Positions 59,275 through 62,599 of a stretch of 62,599 nt of DNA are shown piece after piece (the stretch's first letter is position 1; each line of letters starts with the position of its first letter). The notes under the pieces are model-generated. The model was not told where the DNA came from. It did no database searches and worked only from the letters and a program-made list of their open reading frames with translations. Location of the stretch: contig JAAPAO010000147.1 of the NCBI GenBank assembly GCA_013115145.1, positions 1-62,599 on the forward strand, written 5' to 3'. The position numbers were made by a program, and so were the translations under genes. Source of the stretch: Perkinsus chesapeaki ATCC PRA-425 (lineage: Eukaryota > Protista > Perkinsozoa).

Positions 59275-61266
59275 TCAATCATCTTCATCCGAGCTTGAAC
59301 CAGGCTCAGATATTTCGCTTTCTTCTTCACTCATCTTTCTCACTACACCATCATCTTGAACGTACATGAACTTCTTAACCTTTGCCGTATTACCGGTATC
59401 ATACACATAAAACTTGGCATGTTTATGCCTGAGAAAATAATAAGAGATAATAAAAACGACAACAATTCATAAAGTATTAATCCTCAATGTAAGTCGCGAC
59501 TTAATCATCTCAATGGAACTTATAACACACAAGAGTTATTATAAAAGTTAATAATAGTGTTAATAAGTGTTAATAATAGTGTTAATAATAGTGTTAATAA
59601 TAGTGTTAATAATAGTGTTAATAATAGTGTTGATAATCCTTAACATATATGAGTAATACCATATAAGTCACGACTTAACGATTTAAACGAACCCTATAAT
59701 GGTCATATATTTATATCCAGTTCATTTGATAAATGATGATGACCAAGTATGATTATAAAATAATAGTCCACCACCACCACCCACTGTCTACTTACGCCAT
59801 TGTCATATCATTAGCTAAGAAATCTGATATGGCTTGAACGTTATGATGGTCATCATCAGACATACCAAATGTAAGGTCAGCATAAGACATGTTACACATT
59901 ATCTTACTTCCTTTACGTCGAAGCATACGAAGGTGACGGGCCTCGGATGCCACCGAGTCTGAAGGGGGTAACCAAGTGATGATTTGATGGAAATATGGTA
60001 TGAATAATTAAGCTTCATCAAATAGTACTGTGATATGTCAATGCAGCTTGGTAAATATATTTCGATAGTTCAACACTAATTCTGGCGGCCCCTACCATCC
60101 AGTAGAGCGGACTAGATATTAACCCCAACAAATGGCCATACCAGTGCCCATCACATCGCACCGCAACCTACCAGATCTTTGCGTTCTCGGGCATCTCAGA
60201 GGATCATCAGCCTCGCTCAGTTCCTCGCCACTATCAAGCGCCTCATTTCTCGATATTATACGTTGAATCCTCTCAACAGAACTGTCGATAAATTTCCGCA
60301 TTGCAATCTGCTTCGCGTCTTCGCTTGGCAGGTTGCCATAAAGATCACGGAACTCGTTTGATGATACAGTAGCAAATTCACACAAGGAGATGTACCTATA
60401 GGAAGTAAACCATTCCACAACAGCACTTCTAGTCGATTTCCGAAATACAAGACTATGGAAATACGAGTTACTGCGGACGTCGATCCCCACACGTGAAGCG
60501 ATATTCCAGTAACCATTTGGTCTACTGGACAGCCCCTTCATCGAGTAGATCTTGCAGCATTCTAAGTATACCCTAGAAATGATGACTCTATTATCTTCCT
60601 CAATGAGGCCTCCTCATCTCATGCGCAGAATTTCCAACATTTCTCCGGTTTCAAAGGCGAACCGCAATAGATACCCACTTTTCCAAGGACATCGGTTTCG
60701 ATCCATGAAGTCTACCATACCACTCGAGATGCTTATACCTAACCAAGACCCGAATACTTCACCGCCACCGCCGCCTCACTTGAAGAATACATTTTCTTTA
60801 TTTCATCCTCATCCAGTATAACAGGTATAAGTCTGAGAATACTTCGCCTCAGAACTGCTGAAGGATGACCGCGCGCCGTAATAATAGCGAACAGCCTCGC
60901 GTGGGCCAAGCACTCCTTAAATGAGTTGTACGAAGGCCCAAATTGGCCTGAAAGATTTGGAGTAGTCAGATCTTCCATCAACCTGACCATTACCCTTCTC
61001 AATAGCTTCCACAGCATCCCTATAAAATAAATCATGCTCATCATGCATGTCAGCAAAGGTCTCCTCCCAGCTGCCATTCCGTGGCTTCAACCCTGGGCTA
61101 CCCCGGAGCTTAGCAAACTCTAATAATGATATTATAATTGCTATAATGGTATTACTTTACCTTGTGTGGTTATATCTTTGGGCTCACCATCTATCTCAAC
61201 ATGGACCTTAGTCGGCATGAACAGGATGTTGTCGTCCCAATCAAACATATAAAAGCGCAATTTCAT
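59275..61266 (-). CDS. HAD-superfamily phosphatase-like protein of phage/bacterial type
   Basis: Spliced product has FYMFDWDDNILFMPTKV (DxD motif I), FAIITARGHPS (motif II) and FGMSDDDHHNV (motif IV). Confidence 0.65.
59547..59636. repeat. 12-nt minisatellite (aataatagtgtt)n in an intron
   Basis: About 7 units, one shortened, inside intron 59429-59795. Confidence 0.95.
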
Positions 61267-61313
61267 TTTCCCCCGAGTCAAGAAGAAGAAAAAAGCTTGC
61301 TAAAATGCATGGA

Positions 61314-61404
61314 GACTGCCGCCAAAATTGCAGTCTCAGCACGCATTTCGTGGCGCGCAAGAGGTCACTGACCGCAGGTTCGATCCCGGCACAAGTCATC
61401 TTTT
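61314..61404 (+). pseudogene. Class II-like tRNA-shaped element filling the METTL/HAD intergenic gap
   Basis: GACT..(61314) can pair with AGTC. T-arm GCAGG TTCGATC CCGGC has 4/5 pairs. 3' end ACAAGTCA followed by TCTTTT. Confidence 0.55.
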
Positions 61405-61410
61405 GTCTAC

Positions 61411-62116
61411 TCAACAAACTTGAACGTATGAAGCTCGAAAAGTTCCAAGTAACACTTCACAAGGAGTACTGGTATCACCCGAAGAACCTTTGTATTTAAT
61501 AACAGTCAATGGATTCAGTTTTGGCATCAAAACATCCTCAACGAATCGACGATCATCATCGCTACGTTCTTGATAGGCAATCGCCACCTTAACGCCATCA
61601 ATAGGTCGCAGGCGAGCAAATGCCTCTAAGCAAGATAAAAACTTATCAAACAGATGAGGATCGTAGAGAACATCTGTGCCAAGGATGAGCCCCGGCGGAT
61701 TAAAGGCGTACTGGTGAACAGGATCACCCCATGTATAAGCATTAACCATCACACGGTCATCAAGAGAGTTGTAGCTGACGTTCTCTTGGGCGAGCTCGGT
61801 GCATTGTGGAAGATCCGTTAAAATAACGGATAGGTTAGTATGTGTTTTGGCCAGCATTATGCCAGCCACACCGACACCACAACCAAGTTCGAGAACTGAA
61901 GAAATGAATACTAATAGATATAGTGTAGAGGTGATCACCTGTGTTGCAATCCTCGAAGTAATCTGATAAGCCTTTGTATTTGTTTGGTTCCCCTAGCATC
62001 TCCGCAAATCTATCGCCGCTAGCCCAACGCTGCGTACCTGAGATGAACTGGTGAGGAGTTTTCGAGAACCTGCTTGGAATTGCTCGGATGTGGTGATAAC
62101 GTTTCATGTGAGGCAT
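61411..62116 (-). CDS. METTL21/EFM-like lysine methyltransferase (Methyltransf_16)
   Basis: VLELGCGVGVAGI, VILTDLP, YTWGD and ILGTDVLYD motifs. The upstream exon joins in frame (EDCNT|VLELG). Confidence 0.85.
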
Positions 62117-62513
62117 TTTAGAAGAGGAAAGCTGCCTGAGCACGAGGGCCTCGTGCTAGGTCGAAATTCCCGAGTTTTTGACCTCCCGAAAAATTTTCAC
62201 CCGCAGAGCTCGTGTGAAGACCATGGGTTGAGTAGCGGCACATACCTCCGCCAGTTTAATTCTGACACATCCCCGAATATACCCTTAAAATTTCATCATC
62301 AAACACTTCCTGGTTGGGGAGAAACTCTCATTCGAGATCGGATGAAAAGTTATGGGACACCCTTTATTCGCCAAATACTCTTCGACTGTTGTCAACACTG
62401 TTGAGCAGCGTGTGCGCCTTAGTGCATGCGTAAGATTCTACGTAACCTGCCCGAGTTGCTCCGTTTTGTCTTGCCTGTGTCTATCCAAAGGTCTACACCA
62501 TTTTAAGAACTAG

Positions 62514-62599
62514 TTAGTAAAAGCCAAGACCAAATTAATATAGCCCAGAACAAATTAGTAAAAGCCCAGAACAAATTAATATAGCCCAAAACAAATTAG
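62514..62599. repeat. AT-rich tandem repeat with alternating 21/20-nt units running off the window
   Basis: ttagtaaaagccaagaccaaa / ttaatatagcccagaacaaa / ttagtaaaagcccagaacaaa / ttaatatagcccaaaacaaa / ttag. Confidence 0.9.

Noticed and set aside
59547-59636. CRISPR-like array
   Set aside because: Units are contiguous with no unique spacers, the context is eukaryotic and no cas genes are present.

Overview
Gene-dense, intron-rich eukaryotic DNA. It is most likely a Perkinsus-like myzozoan alveolate, inferred from gene content and architecture rather than from any database search. Housekeeping genes I reconstructed by hand across GT-AG introns: eIF4G-like MIF4G protein, NBP35 with an N-terminal membrane anchor, RRP12, GGC1 GTP/GDP carrier, mS35-like mitoribosomal protein, SEH1, PABP, NOC3, an OM47-like beta-barrel, NRAMP, a phage/bacterial-type HAD phosphatase and a METTL21-like methyltransferase. 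Two intronless paralog arrays are present: 11 tetraspanin-like genes (8 plus 3), and 5 copies of a secreted-protein family, 2 of them pseudogenes. The most striking signals are non-coding. (1) About 12 tRNA-shaped or B-box elements, apparently from different tRNA families, sit in or fill short spliceosomal introns, or lie at strand-switch and intergenic points. In two cases a 73-nt tRNA-shaped body ends directly in the intron's TTTTTAG. (2) An almost identical 35-nt element forms the core of short introns in three unrelated genes, as expected of an introner-like element. Other features are a 75-nt hairpin, a 213-nt gene-conversion tract, and an upstream motif shared by the secreted family and one tetraspanin gene. 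No rRNA, intact tRNA, CRISPR array or transposase was recognised. Exon boundaries are manual and some gene ends are approximate.
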